Assembly (NCBI GenBank): GCA_016839445.1
Contig: JAEOUG010000058.1
Location: 1-52,334 of the forward strand
Source of the DNA: Candidatus Thorarchaeota archaeon
GTDB taxonomy: Archaea; Asgardarchaeota; Thorarchaeia; Thorarchaeales; Thorarchaeaceae
DNA length: 52,334 bases
Direction of reading: 5' to 3'
Shown here in pieces: positions 29,308 to 37,956 of this stretch. The position numbers and the translations under genes are program-made. How positions within the stretch are numbered: position 1 is the first letter of the stretch; every line of letters begins with the position of its first letter. Under the pieces are notes generated by a model. It saw nothing but the letters and a program-made list of their open reading frames with translations. It ran no database searches and had not been told where the DNA came from.

Positions 29308-30744
29308 TCACTCACCTCCTGTGAAGACCCCCGGGGTGAAGATATCGCTGGGGTCGATTGCTCGCTTAATCGTCCAGTACAGGTCCAAGAACCGCGGGTT
29401 CGCCTTGGCTACAGCCCGCTTCTCCCAGAGTAGGCCTGACCAGTATGGGCATGCACCCGTATCCATGTGTGCGTCGAGCATTTCATTCCATGCCTTGAGA
29501 CCCAACTCCATCTTGTCCCTTGTCGGCACGAAGATTGTGATCCAGCCTGTGGCATAGGCCCGGTCTGATCCCAGGCAACTGGCTATCCACTTGATGCCGT
29601 TGTCCAGCAGCTTGTACTTCTTGAAGATGGCCCACATTCGTTTCATGATCTCAGGTATGGAAGGAATCGGTCTGAGGTGACAGGTGTTCAGCCAAAAGCC
29701 GTTGTTGTATAATGGTTGAACCAGATTGAACATCTCGGACCAGTGCATCTGCGATGCGAAGTTGCCGAGGTCTTTCCCACCGTGTTTGAAGGCAACTTCA
29801 CGAATTATCTCCATCTTCCTGTTTGCGAGTTCCTGGTCCACTTCCTGGACGATGGATGCGAACATGGAGTTGATCTCCTTGTGCTTGTCAAGGAAGCCGG
29901 GGAAGAACGTGTCCGTTGATTGCCGGTCGGCAAGGAGGTTGAGTTCCTCTGTGAACCCGAGCTTCTGGACTTCAAGAAATGCTGCCGTTGCATCTTCAAG
30001 TGTCTTGAATCCGAAGTCCCCGTAGGCGTAGAATTCGGCCTTTGGATAGATCTTGAGTGTGACCTTGGTCTTTACTCCGAGGGACCCGTGGTCTCCAAGG
30101 AAGATCCCTGTCAGGTCGAGGAATGTGGAATAGCGTCCAAAGATCTTGGCGTCTGGATTCCATCCAGTACCAGTCTTCACGACTTCTCCGCTTGGCAAGA
30201 CTACCTCAAGAGACACCACTCCCTCAGTGGATGGCCCGTACTTGGATGCAGCATAGCCAATGCTATTGATACTCACAGAGCCTCCCACAGTCCCCACATT
30301 TCCTCCATAGGGGCCTCTGAAACCAAGTTTGTATCCAGCTTCGTCGAGTCTGTGGATAAGCTCTGCCCATCTGAGACCCGCTTCAACCGTGACGGTCATC
30401 ACGTCTTCATCGATGCGGATGATACGATCCATCTTGACCATGTCAATCATGACTGCGTGGGGGATTCTTGGGAGACATGCCCCACAGATGCCGTTTCTTC
30501 CTCCGGCTGGCATGATAGGTGTCTTTGTCTTGGCACAGAGGCGAACAATGTCTTGCACTTGCTCCACGCTGCTCGGCATCACGACAATCCCGGGCCTCTC
30601 AGCCTCGAGATGACAGGCATCTTTGCTGTAGGACGAGATAATCACAGGATTGTCGTTGACATGTGCCTCTCCTACGATCTTAACCAGTTCCTCATAGAGG
30701 GGATGTGTTCTGCTAGCCTTGACGATGGCCATGGTCCGCACCAT
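29308..30744 (-). CDS. FAD-binding oxidoreductase (GlcD / D-lactate dehydrogenase / alkyl-DHAP synthase family)
   Basis: PGIVVMPSSVEQVQDIV, VTVEAG, TVGGSVS, LEVVLPSGEV, GDHGSLGVKTKVTL, IKRAIDPSDIFTPG. Confidence 0.88.
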   Translation of the reverse strand: MVRTMAIVKASRTHPLYEELVKIVGEAHVNDNPVIISSYSKDACHLEAERPGIVVMPSSVEQVQDIVRLCAKTKTPIMPAGGRNGICGACLPRIPHAVMIDMVKMDRIIRIDEDVMTVTVEAGLRWAELIHRLDEAGYKLGFRGPYGGNVGTVGGSVSINSIGYAASKYGPSTEGVVSLEVVLPSGEVVKTGTGWNPDAKIFGRYSTFLDLTGIFLGDHGSLGVKTKVTLKIYPKAEFYAYGDFGFKTLEDATAAFLEVQKLGFTEELNLLADRQSTDTFFPGFLDKHKEINSMFASIVQEVDQELANRKMEIIREVAFKHGGKDLGNFASQMHWSEMFNLVQPLYNNGFWLNTCHLRPIPSIPEIMKRMWAIFKKYKLLDNGIKWIASCLGSDRAYATGWITIFVPTRDKMELGLKAWNEMLDAHMDTGACPYWSGLLWEKRAVAKANPRFLDLYWTIKRAIDPSDIFTPGVFTGGE

Positions 30745-30834
30745 CTCCTATCCGGATAGCACCCGTATAAGTAATCAGCGATTCTGGACTGTTTTTCGTC
30801 ATCAGCTTCGGGGGGTAATATGACTAGATGTGCA

Positions 30835-31287
30835 TCACTGCATGGTCTCCTGGAGGACTTCTCGGAAGTCGAGCGATAGCGGCTCAAACCTCACGAAGTC
30901 TATCGACCTTGCTCTGCTTATGCAGTCGGGCAGTTCTTCGAGACTCTTGCACCATATCAGGTGCTTTCCTCTCTCCATCTTCTTGACGAGTTCCCATTCA
31001 TGCCCGCCTGTGATATCGGGATTCTGTATGGCTATGAGACGTCGACCTCTGGTGACGTTCTCCATTATGGTTCCCGCGCCGCAGTTGCTGATAATGACAT
31101 CTGCCTTCTGGAAGTACTCCTCTAGACTTGGGAGGAATCTGAAGCTCTCAATCTTGCGAGGTCTGTACTTGCCTGCCCCTATCTGTGCAACCACGTCATC
31201 AGTAATCGTTCCGTTCTCCGCCAGCTGGTCCATCTTCAGGATGAGTGAGTCGTGAGGGAGTGAAGTGCCGACAGTGATGAAGATCAA
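30835..31287 (-). CDS. Alg13/PssE-like glycosyltransferase 28 C-terminal subunit
   Basis: MIFITVGT, VAQIG, ADVIISNCGAGTIME, HEWEL. Confidence 0.85.
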   Translation of the reverse strand: MIFITVGTSLPHDSLILKMDQLAENGTITDDVVAQIGAGKYRPRKIESFRFLPSLEEYFQKADVIISNCGAGTIMENVTRGRRLIAIQNPDITGGHEWELVKKMERGKHLIWCKSLEELPDCISRARSIDFVRFEPLSLDFREVLQETMQ

Positions 31288-31760
31288 ACTATCATCCCCC
31301 TGTACTCCACTCCTGGATATCTATTCGCAAGTTCGGGCCAGCTGCTTAGCCACAAGTCTGTCTTCCCAATGAGGAGCCTACCTGCGATGGAAGGGTAGTA
31401 TACTCTACTCGGGCTCTCTATGTAGATTGTCTTGATACCAAACAGACGAGCCATTAGGAATGGTGGGAGAGTCAGCCCTGATCCTGTGCTGACCAACACA
31501 TCAGGCCGCACAATGAAAAAGAGCACCAAGCTATGAAGGAAAAGAAAGAGTGTCCTGAAGATGGACATGATTCTGCTGTCCTTGGCTCGGAAACGGGGGG
31601 AGATGACACTGTAGTATTTGCTCCCGACCTTCTCTTTCGTCACGTCTGACTCAAAGGGCACCATGAAGTACTTCTCAGCCTCGATTTGACTACTGAGCTT
31701 CAGACCTCTTGATGTGTGACCTCCTGAGCCTAGAACGAAGAGAACTCGCAAGCTACTCAT
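31284..31760 (-). CDS. Alg14/PssD-like glycosyltransferase subunit
   Basis: VLGSGGHT, RPDVLVSTGSG, IYIESPSRV..PSIAGRL, WPEL; 4-bp overlap with the Alg13-like gene. Confidence 0.87.
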   Translation of the reverse strand: MSSLRVLFVLGSGGHTSRGLKLSSQIEAEKYFMVPFESDVTKEKVGSKYYSVISPRFRAKDSRIMSIFRTLFLFLHSLVLFFIVRPDVLVSTGSGLTLPPFLMARLFGIKTIYIESPSRVYYPSIAGRLLIGKTDLWLSSWPELANRYPGVEYRGMIV

Positions 31761-32011
31761 TACCTCTGGTTTCCTGACGGTTCGCCTCGCATATCACGCT
31801 TTTGATTTCTTCCTCCCCGAGCTGCCCTGCTATTCCCGTCTCCATTTGGCGCCAAACGGCTTTCACATGCTCTGCTGGGTGCTCAAGGGGCTCCGGATTT
31901 CATACCCAGATGGCTACTCAGATATTATCGACGTAATACCTAGACATTCTCCACATTTGATGATTAGTTTATTAGAGACCGGGACATCTCTCCACAGGAA
32001 GTTGAGGTCTG

Positions 32012-32815
32012 TTGTATTCAGACCCTACACTACGCGAGATGAGAATCTTGAGCTCAAGTACCAAACTTATACCCTCCAGAATCGAGCCCACTGGACCCTT
32101 TCTATCCATTCGTCTGTTCCGACTCGAGGGCATGACCTATTCGGCTGACAAGCTGGCGAAGCTGTTGGCGGGGATCAAGTATGAACCTACAAACAGTAAG
32201 GACGCAACCCAAGGCTTTGCAGATGCTGTGGTGAGTGGCCGAGCTGTGGTCTGTGAGTTTATCGCTGGATTCAGAGTTCCCATCTATACCTACAAGGAAG
32301 GCGCGAGGTCCTCCTCGTACTACGTTTCTGAGGATCGGGCCACCATCGTGATCAAGCTGTCCCGGAACACTATCGAGGTCCGAGGATCCGAAAGAATCGC
32401 TCGGAGGTTCCGCAGAGTCCTGCAGGACGAAACAGGGGCTACCATGGAGCACCTATCGTTCAGTGCAGAAGCTGCAAGGGAGCTCTACGATTCGCTTGCT
32501 ATCCCCGATGCAACAAGGAAGCCCCGGATTGATTACATCCTGATCACAGGTATTGACGATCCTCGCCTTGCCATCGAGCAAGCAGAATTCAAGGGAACGG
32601 ACATCCATGGCGACAAGAACATACCAACGTGGACTCGCAGCTACAAGGGTCACATCAGCAGGTTTGGAGGAGTACTCCACTACTCATCCGGCTCTCAGCT
32701 GAAGACCAACATCAACACTGAAGTCGGATCCCTCTCAATCTATGCGACGGGAGAAGGGATTCTCGACAAAGACATACGTTGGATTGTCCGGCTGATAGAA
32801 GACAGTGCAAAATGA
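32012..32815 (+). CDS. Hypothetical protein
   Basis: 267-aa ORF with globular composition and no recognised motif; start uncertain. Confidence 0.65.
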   Translation: MYSDPTLREMRILSSSTKLIPSRIEPTGPFLSIRLFRLEGMTYSADKLAKLLAGIKYEPTNSKDATQGFADAVVSGRAVVCEFIAGFRVPIYTYKEGARSSSYYVSEDRATIVIKLSRNTIEVRGSERIARRFRRVLQDETGATMEHLSFSAEAARELYDSLAIPDATRKPRIDYILITGIDDPRLAIEQAEFKGTDIHGDKNIPTWTRSYKGHISRFGGVLHYSSGSQLKTNINTEVGSLSIYATGEGILDKDIRWIVRLIEDSAK

Positions 32816-32816
32816 G

Positions 32817-32846
32817 GAATCGGTGGACCTTCGGGTCCTCCGGTTC
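32817..32846. terminator. cUUCGg tetraloop hairpin between convergent genes
   Basis: GAATCGGTGGACC-TTCG-GGTCCTCCGGTTC. Confidence 0.6.
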
Positions 32847-32869
32847 ACGTATTTCTCCTGAGACCCCTG

Positions 32870-33166
32870 CTACATCCAGTCAGCGGGCTCTCTCTTGATG
32901 GACACGATTGTCCGAGTGTTGTCTATGTACCACCGAGTCTTGTCTCTGAATACGGGCCAGAACTCAAAGAAGCTTTGCGGGTCTTCAGTTTCGATGAGCA
33001 GGAATCCATTCCACTCTGATCCCCAGGCGTGTTTGTAGTCGCCTACGATTGTCAGTTGCTCTGGCCAGCTCTCCTTGGCGAACCCACCCCAGAACTCCTT
33101 TGCTTCCCCTGCTTGCTCAGGGGTCATCAAGTGGAACTTGTAAAAGACGAGAAACGCGTACGTCAT
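32870..33166 (-). CDS. Small dimeric alpha-beta barrel-like protein (GYD/darcynin-like)
   Basis: MTYAFLVFYKF...IVGDYKHAWGSEWNGFLLIETED...TRTIVS. Confidence 0.6.
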   Translation of the reverse strand: MTYAFLVFYKFHLMTPEQAGEAKEFWGGFAKESWPEQLTIVGDYKHAWGSEWNGFLLIETEDPQSFFEFWPVFRDKTRWYIDNTRTIVSIKREPADWM

Positions 33167-33239
33167 TTTCCCATCACGGGCTCTAGGAGGAGGTCGGTGG
33201 ATTAAAAACGTTCGGAACGTTGCTCCCTCCAGAAGGTCC

Positions 33240-33962
33240 ATGCCCGACGAGATTCTGCGACGTGAGTTCAAGCATGGGAAGACGGCCTACGGGTTCCAAT
33301 GGAACGTCACTCATCACAATAGTCTAGGCATCGACTCGGGAGACCTTGCGTCTCTGCACGCTCATCTCATCACAATTCATAGAGGTCAGGTGCCTGAAGA
33401 GCCCTTCAGCAATCCTGTTTTCACGAGAGCATCCAGGTTGAAGCTGGATCTCGAGAGCAGAGCCTCTAAGACCGCACTGCGATTGCGTTTGGAGAAGGCT
33501 GGCTCAATCCTATCCAGTGGGGAAGACGATCTTGTCCTGAACATCCGGCAGTACCATAGAGACATAGGCGACGATACATTCAGCGCTGACCATAACATAC
33601 TGTCAGAGTTCATAATGAAGGACCCACAGGCCATCGCTATCGAGGTTCCTGTCTGGTCTGAAGGCTATGGCATCACTGGACACATTGATGTGATTCGCTT
33701 CGTCGATGGATGCATACAGGTGTCTGATTACAAACCCGGTCCGCTTGAGACTGTGAGAAGGCGGTTCATGGACTCTGTACCGCAGGTGGCGGCCTATGGC
33801 GAGCTGCTGGCCCTCCATCTCGCTGGAACTCTCCATTCTGCCTTGGAGTCGCCTCTCCTGCCAGATGTCAAATGCGCTATTTTCGACACTCACGCCTCTT
33901 GGCACTTCGATGCGAAGCTCTTCGTTCAGTTGCGGTCAATGGGCGTCATCAGTGACATCTAA
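33240..33962 (+). CDS. PD-(D/E)XK nuclease (RecB/AddB-type motifs)
   Basis: IEVPV...ITGHIDVI...VSDYKP...QVAAYG. Confidence 0.82.
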   Translation: MPDEILRREFKHGKTAYGFQWNVTHHNSLGIDSGDLASLHAHLITIHRGQVPEEPFSNPVFTRASRLKLDLESRASKTALRLRLEKAGSILSSGEDDLVLNIRQYHRDIGDDTFSADHNILSEFIMKDPQAIAIEVPVWSEGYGITGHIDVIRFVDGCIQVSDYKPGPLETVRRRFMDSVPQVAAYGELLALHLAGTLHSALESPLLPDVKCAIFDTHASWHFDAKLFVQLRSMGVISDI

Positions 33963-34843
33963 TCGAGGCCATTCTTCAGAACAGACATTTTCACCGTCTC
34001 ATCAACTGACGGAGCTTGGGACGCAATGCCACTCCACTTGAGCTGAATCGTTGGCCGCTCAGATATCAGGCCCTCTCTAATCCTTGAGAAGTAGTTCTCG
34101 CTCAGTGTTCCGAAATTGCCGAGGGCTGGATCGACTGGTATCCATCCCTTTCCCTCAAGGAACACCTCACACCATGCATGTGGTTCTGGCTCATCGAGCC
34201 CTCTGTAGACATGGCCTACAACCCTCCGAGCAGGTATTCTCACGGCCCGCATGAGGGCGATGAACAAGTCTGCATGCTCATCACAGTCCCCTTCCTTCTC
34301 CCGCAGAACTCTAGCCGCTCCGATTCTCTCGTCCAGATGTGTTTTCAACTTGACCGATTCTCTCACCATTTCAAACACAAGGCGGGCATATGACTCGTCA
34401 TCACCTGTACGCTCCGCAGCACGCTGTGATAGTTCCTGTATCTTGTCATCCTCAATCTCCCAATACTTCTGCAAAGCACAGTACATGCCCCTGTTTCTGG
34501 AGACTAGCTGCTCAGGCGTCGTCTGAGGCTCCATGAGCCAGTCTCGAGTTATTGTATCTATTCTCAGAATGACCGTGGGTGAGAAGCTCTCTCCTGGATT
34601 GAGATCTGGGACTTTGATTTGCGCAATCATGTTCCTCTCGGCTTTCTCAGCCACTCGGGCTGGAGGGAACACATCGATAGCCTCTACGAACTGATTTTCC
34701 ATGTCAGTGAAGAGATGCCACACCATGGTGCCATTCTGTATCTTGGATGTTCCTCTGTTGTGGACATCTGCCTGCATCTCTATTCGTAGTCGCACGTGAA
34801 GTCCTCTGAAGTGTGAATCGATTGGAGCTTTCTGCGAATACAT
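33959..34843 (-). CDS. Transglutaminase-like domain protein
   Basis: GDCDEHADLFIALMRAVRIPARRVVG...HAWCEV...GWIPVDP (Cys-His-Asp triad). Confidence 0.9.
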   Translation of the reverse strand: MYSQKAPIDSHFRGLHVRLRIEMQADVHNRGTSKIQNGTMVWHLFTDMENQFVEAIDVFPPARVAEKAERNMIAQIKVPDLNPGESFSPTVILRIDTITRDWLMEPQTTPEQLVSRNRGMYCALQKYWEIEDDKIQELSQRAAERTGDDESYARLVFEMVRESVKLKTHLDERIGAARVLREKEGDCDEHADLFIALMRAVRIPARRVVGHVYRGLDEPEPHAWCEVFLEGKGWIPVDPALGNFGTLSENYFSRIREGLISERPTIQLKWSGIASQAPSVDETVKMSVLKNGLD

Positions 34844-34904
34844 TTATCTATTGTCTGGCCCTCTTAGCCATTGCCCGTCGGGACACACGAAAGGGGTTCT
34901 TCGC

Positions 34905-36368
34905 ATGGCTAAACGTTCTGACAGAGATTCCGGCCCTCCTGAGGAGGACACTGGTCATGGTGAGAAGGGTGTTGTTGACTCTCTCCTTACTGAGCTTGGT
35001 GTCGATGACGAAATGAGACAGGAGCTAATTGACTCAGGTCGAATGTCAAGCGACGTCATGAGGGTCGAGTCTGCGGATCAGGTCCGACGGAGGATGGATC
35101 TGGACAAGAGCGCAGAACGACTACGGGACAGCCTCTCGCTTCTGGAACGAAATATCCTGACAATGGATGCCGCTATTGACCGTATTGAGAGAGACTTAGT
35201 TCCGGTCGTCCTCTCTTTTCTAGTGAGTCTGAAAGGCAGCCTCGTCAATATGAAAGGGGATATCATCACCAAGAGCAAGAGGAAGGCCAAGACGAACCTA
35301 CAGGCAACCTATCTAGAGAATGACGTCAGGCCTGTTGTTGAAGCGGAATTTCATCGGGTTGAGGACTCTCTTACTGCGGGCATGTCCACGCCCATTCTCG
35401 AGAAGATGAGAGACATCACCGAGGGTCTGAAGGAGTCACTTAAGCTATCTCTTCAGGAGCTTGCTACGCTGAAGGGAAGTGTAGATGACTTCGCTCAGCG
35501 ATCAGGCACTGAAGTGGAGTTCCTATCCAAGGAGCTGGGAATGAAGCCAAAGGTGGTAGTCCCGAAGGAAGTTGAGGAGAAAGTCCGCATACTGGAGAAC
35601 AAGATTGAGGAGCTCACGAATCAGCTGAGTCTTTCTGAGAAGAAGCTTCAGACGCGCGAGAACGAGGTAGAAGACCTCAGGAGAGATCTTGCCTCTGTGC
35701 GAGTGCGGAATGAGGACCTTGAGGAGGACCTCCGAAAACTGAGTGCTAGCCCCAAGGTTGACCAAGAGCAGCTGATTGAGCTACGCAACGCGGTCAAGTC
35801 TCTCGAAGCAAGCCGACAGGTGTTGGAGGGCAAGCTGAAGGAGTCTCAGGATGCCGCGGATGCATCAGAGAAGAAGGCCAAGGGCTACCTAGATACAATC
35901 TCCAAGAAGGACCTTCAAGTTGGAGATCTGCAGACAAACGTTCGCCAGCTCCAAGAACAGATTGCCAAGAACAAGGAGCGGATGGCCGAAATGGACGAGA
36001 TACGGGCTCGGCTACGATCCTATGAATCCGGGGACAAGATGCGTGAGCTCGAACGAGTGAAGTCTGAACTTGAGCGTGCCACGGCGAATCTGTCACGGAT
36101 GACTGAAGATTTCACCGAATCGAAAGCCAAGCTGCAACATGCTGAGGAAACGCTTGAAGGCTATATGTCTCTCATGGATAGTACAGAGAAGACTAAGGCG
36201 TTCCTCATGGTTGAAGAACATGGTGAGATGGCAATTCGGGAGATTGCACGGTCTCTGGGAGTTGCTCCTGCCATTGTCATGAAGTGGGCTGAGGAGTTTC
36301 AGAGTCTGGGAATCGCATGGGTCGTGGATGGGACCACTCTTGTGCACAGGGATGCTAAGAAGGCCTAG
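34905..36368 (+). CDS. Long coiled-coil protein with C-terminal winged helix
   Basis: Heptad-rich E/K/L/R region; C-terminal EMAIREIARSLGVAPAIVMKWAEEFQSLGIA. Confidence 0.75.
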   Translation: MAKRSDRDSGPPEEDTGHGEKGVVDSLLTELGVDDEMRQELIDSGRMSSDVMRVESADQVRRRMDLDKSAERLRDSLSLLERNILTMDAAIDRIERDLVPVVLSFLVSLKGSLVNMKGDIITKSKRKAKTNLQATYLENDVRPVVEAEFHRVEDSLTAGMSTPILEKMRDITEGLKESLKLSLQELATLKGSVDDFAQRSGTEVEFLSKELGMKPKVVVPKEVEEKVRILENKIEELTNQLSLSEKKLQTRENEVEDLRRDLASVRVRNEDLEEDLRKLSASPKVDQEQLIELRNAVKSLEASRQVLEGKLKESQDAADASEKKAKGYLDTISKKDLQVGDLQTNVRQLQEQIAKNKERMAEMDEIRARLRSYESGDKMRELERVKSELERATANLSRMTEDFTESKAKLQHAEETLEGYMSLMDSTEKTKAFLMVEEHGEMAIREIARSLGVAPAIVMKWAEEFQSLGIAWVVDGTTLVHRDAKKA

Positions 36369-36814
36369 CTCTTAGGTTGAACTCTGCTCAGGAACTGGAC
36401 AACTTCAAGGACACCATCTATTCTCACAGCATCAGTGTAGAGTGCTTCGATCTCAGAGATTGTCTTGTGCTCGTTATTGAGATATGACTTTACTGCCGGA
36501 CGCAGAACTCCTTCCAAGTAAGAGGAGCGAAAGCGCGAGAGTGCATCAACCAGGTTGCCATCGAGCTGGCCCGACTCCACAGCGCTCTTCACATCGTCCA
36601 GACAATCAACATCAACACCACTGCTGTCTATGTTCAATGTCTGCCGTGCCAGTCTAATGCATTCGTCAGCAGCCTTTGGATAGTCCTCAACAGCCAGGAA
36701 CTTGGTCTTCGCACATTTGTCGAAGAATGGCCTACTACGGTCTGTGACTGTGTCGAATAGACCTCCCAATTTCTCAAGTTCCTCTGGAGCTGGCATATAG
36801 GGGACCGCAGGCAT
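36365..36814 (-). CDS. Hypothetical alpha-helical protein
   Basis: ORF convergent with the coiled-coil gene; start uncertain (36814 or 36796). Confidence 0.6.
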   Translation of the reverse strand: MPAVPYMPAPEELEKLGGLFDTVTDRSRPFFDKCAKTKFLAVEDYPKAADECIRLARQTLNIDSSGVDVDCLDDVKSAVESGQLDGNLVDALSRFRSSYLEGVLRPAVKSYLNNEHKTISEIEALYTDAVRIDGVLEVVQFLSRVQPKS

Positions 36815-36908
36815 ACTTGCCCCCATCGCTTTTAACGGTGACGACACTTGCCGGGACGCTAATCATCGCTCACCAAAACAGGCATAAGAAGTCGGCCAGA
36901 ACCTGATT

Positions 36909-37955
36909 GTGATGAGAGAGGCGGCTCTATACTCCAACCTCAAGGAAGGAGTCCGATGTGATCTGTGTGCGCGACGATGCGTTATCCATGAAGGTGAGAC
37001 CGGATTCTGCCGTGTACGTACCGTAAGAGATGGGAAGCTCTACACCAGAGTCTATGGCCTCATTGATGGTATGGCCGCAGACCCCATTGAGAAGAAGCCA
37101 CTCTTCCACTTCGCACCTGGAAGTCATGCATTCTCGATAAGCACATCATCATGCAACTTCCGTTGTCAGTTCTGCCTGAACTACCACTCTGCGCACAGAG
37201 AGACCCCAATCGGTCGCTTCCATTCTCCTGAAGAGATTGTGGCTTTGGCAGAGGCGAATGGCTGCTCGGGGATGACCTACACTTACACCGAGCCCACGGT
37301 CTTCATAGAGCTGGCCCACGACACAGCCGAAATAGCCCACAACAAGGGCATGTTCAACACCTTCGTCACAAATGGCTACATGACCAAGGAAGCCATTGAT
37401 TACATGACGCCTTTCCTCGACGCAGCGTCTGTGAACTTCAAAGGCAGTGGAAACAAGAGATTCTACGAGAAGTACATGTCTGTGCCCAAGGTAGAACCGA
37501 TTTTCACGGGCATGGACTACATGCATGAGAAGGGTGTTCTGATTGAGATAACGAACCTCATCATCCCAGAGATTGGTGACTCGCTAGAGGATACGAAGTA
37601 CCTTGCTGAGTGGACTGTGGAGCATCTTGGTGAGCGAACGCCGTTCCATCTGACGGCCTTCTCTCCCACATACAAAATCACCCATCTTCCACGTACTCCC
37701 CCTGCAATGCTTGAAGCGCACATCAAGGCAGCAAAAGAAGCAGGACTGGTCTTCGTCTATTCAGGCAACATCGCGGGACATGACTATGAAAACACCTACT
37801 GCCCCGAGTGTGGAGCGAAGGCTGTTGAACGCTACTCTGTATTCCTCAAGAGCAACAACCTCAATGAGAATGGTAGGTGTCCAAAGTGCGATGCTGACCT
37901 CAACATGAAGGGCGTGAAGTGGATGCGCCGAGGAAGGGGAGTAATGCGCCTGTGA
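36909..37955 (+). CDS. amrS: AmmeMemoRadiSam system radical SAM enzyme
   Basis: CDLCARRC...GFCRVR, DPIEKKPLFHFAPG, CNFRCQFCLN, YTYTEP, ENTYCPECG. Confidence 0.9.
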   Translation: MMREAALYSNLKEGVRCDLCARRCVIHEGETGFCRVRTVRDGKLYTRVYGLIDGMAADPIEKKPLFHFAPGSHAFSISTSSCNFRCQFCLNYHSAHRETPIGRFHSPEEIVALAEANGCSGMTYTYTEPTVFIELAHDTAEIAHNKGMFNTFVTNGYMTKEAIDYMTPFLDAASVNFKGSGNKRFYEKYMSVPKVEPIFTGMDYMHEKGVLIEITNLIIPEIGDSLEDTKYLAEWTVEHLGERTPFHLTAFSPTYKITHLPRTPPAMLEAHIKAAKEAGLVFVYSGNIAGHDYENTYCPECGAKAVERYSVFLKSNNLNENGRCPKCDADLNMKGVKWMRRGRGVMRL

Positions 37956-37956
37956 G

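Noticed and set aside
28919-30759. Long + strand ORFs (212 and 279 aa) and similar shadow ORFs such as 43253..43864 and 49341..49868
   Set aside because: They are antisense to well-supported genes and have no motifs; they are codon-bias shadows.
31761-32011. Possible ncRNA or small ORF (31846..32148) in the 250-bp intergenic region
   Set aside because: No tRNA-like or stable structure recognised. It is compatible with a divergent promoter region, and the ORF overlaps the 32012 gene out of frame.
33240-33962. Cas4 / CRISPR locus
   Set aside because: It lacks the four Fe-S cysteines of Cas4, and there are no cas genes or repeat-spacer array in the window.
34905-36368. SMC/Rad50 or Wadjet (JetC with Top6A as JetD)
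   Set aside because: There is no Walker A/B or signature motif, and Top6A is paired with a genuine Top6B.
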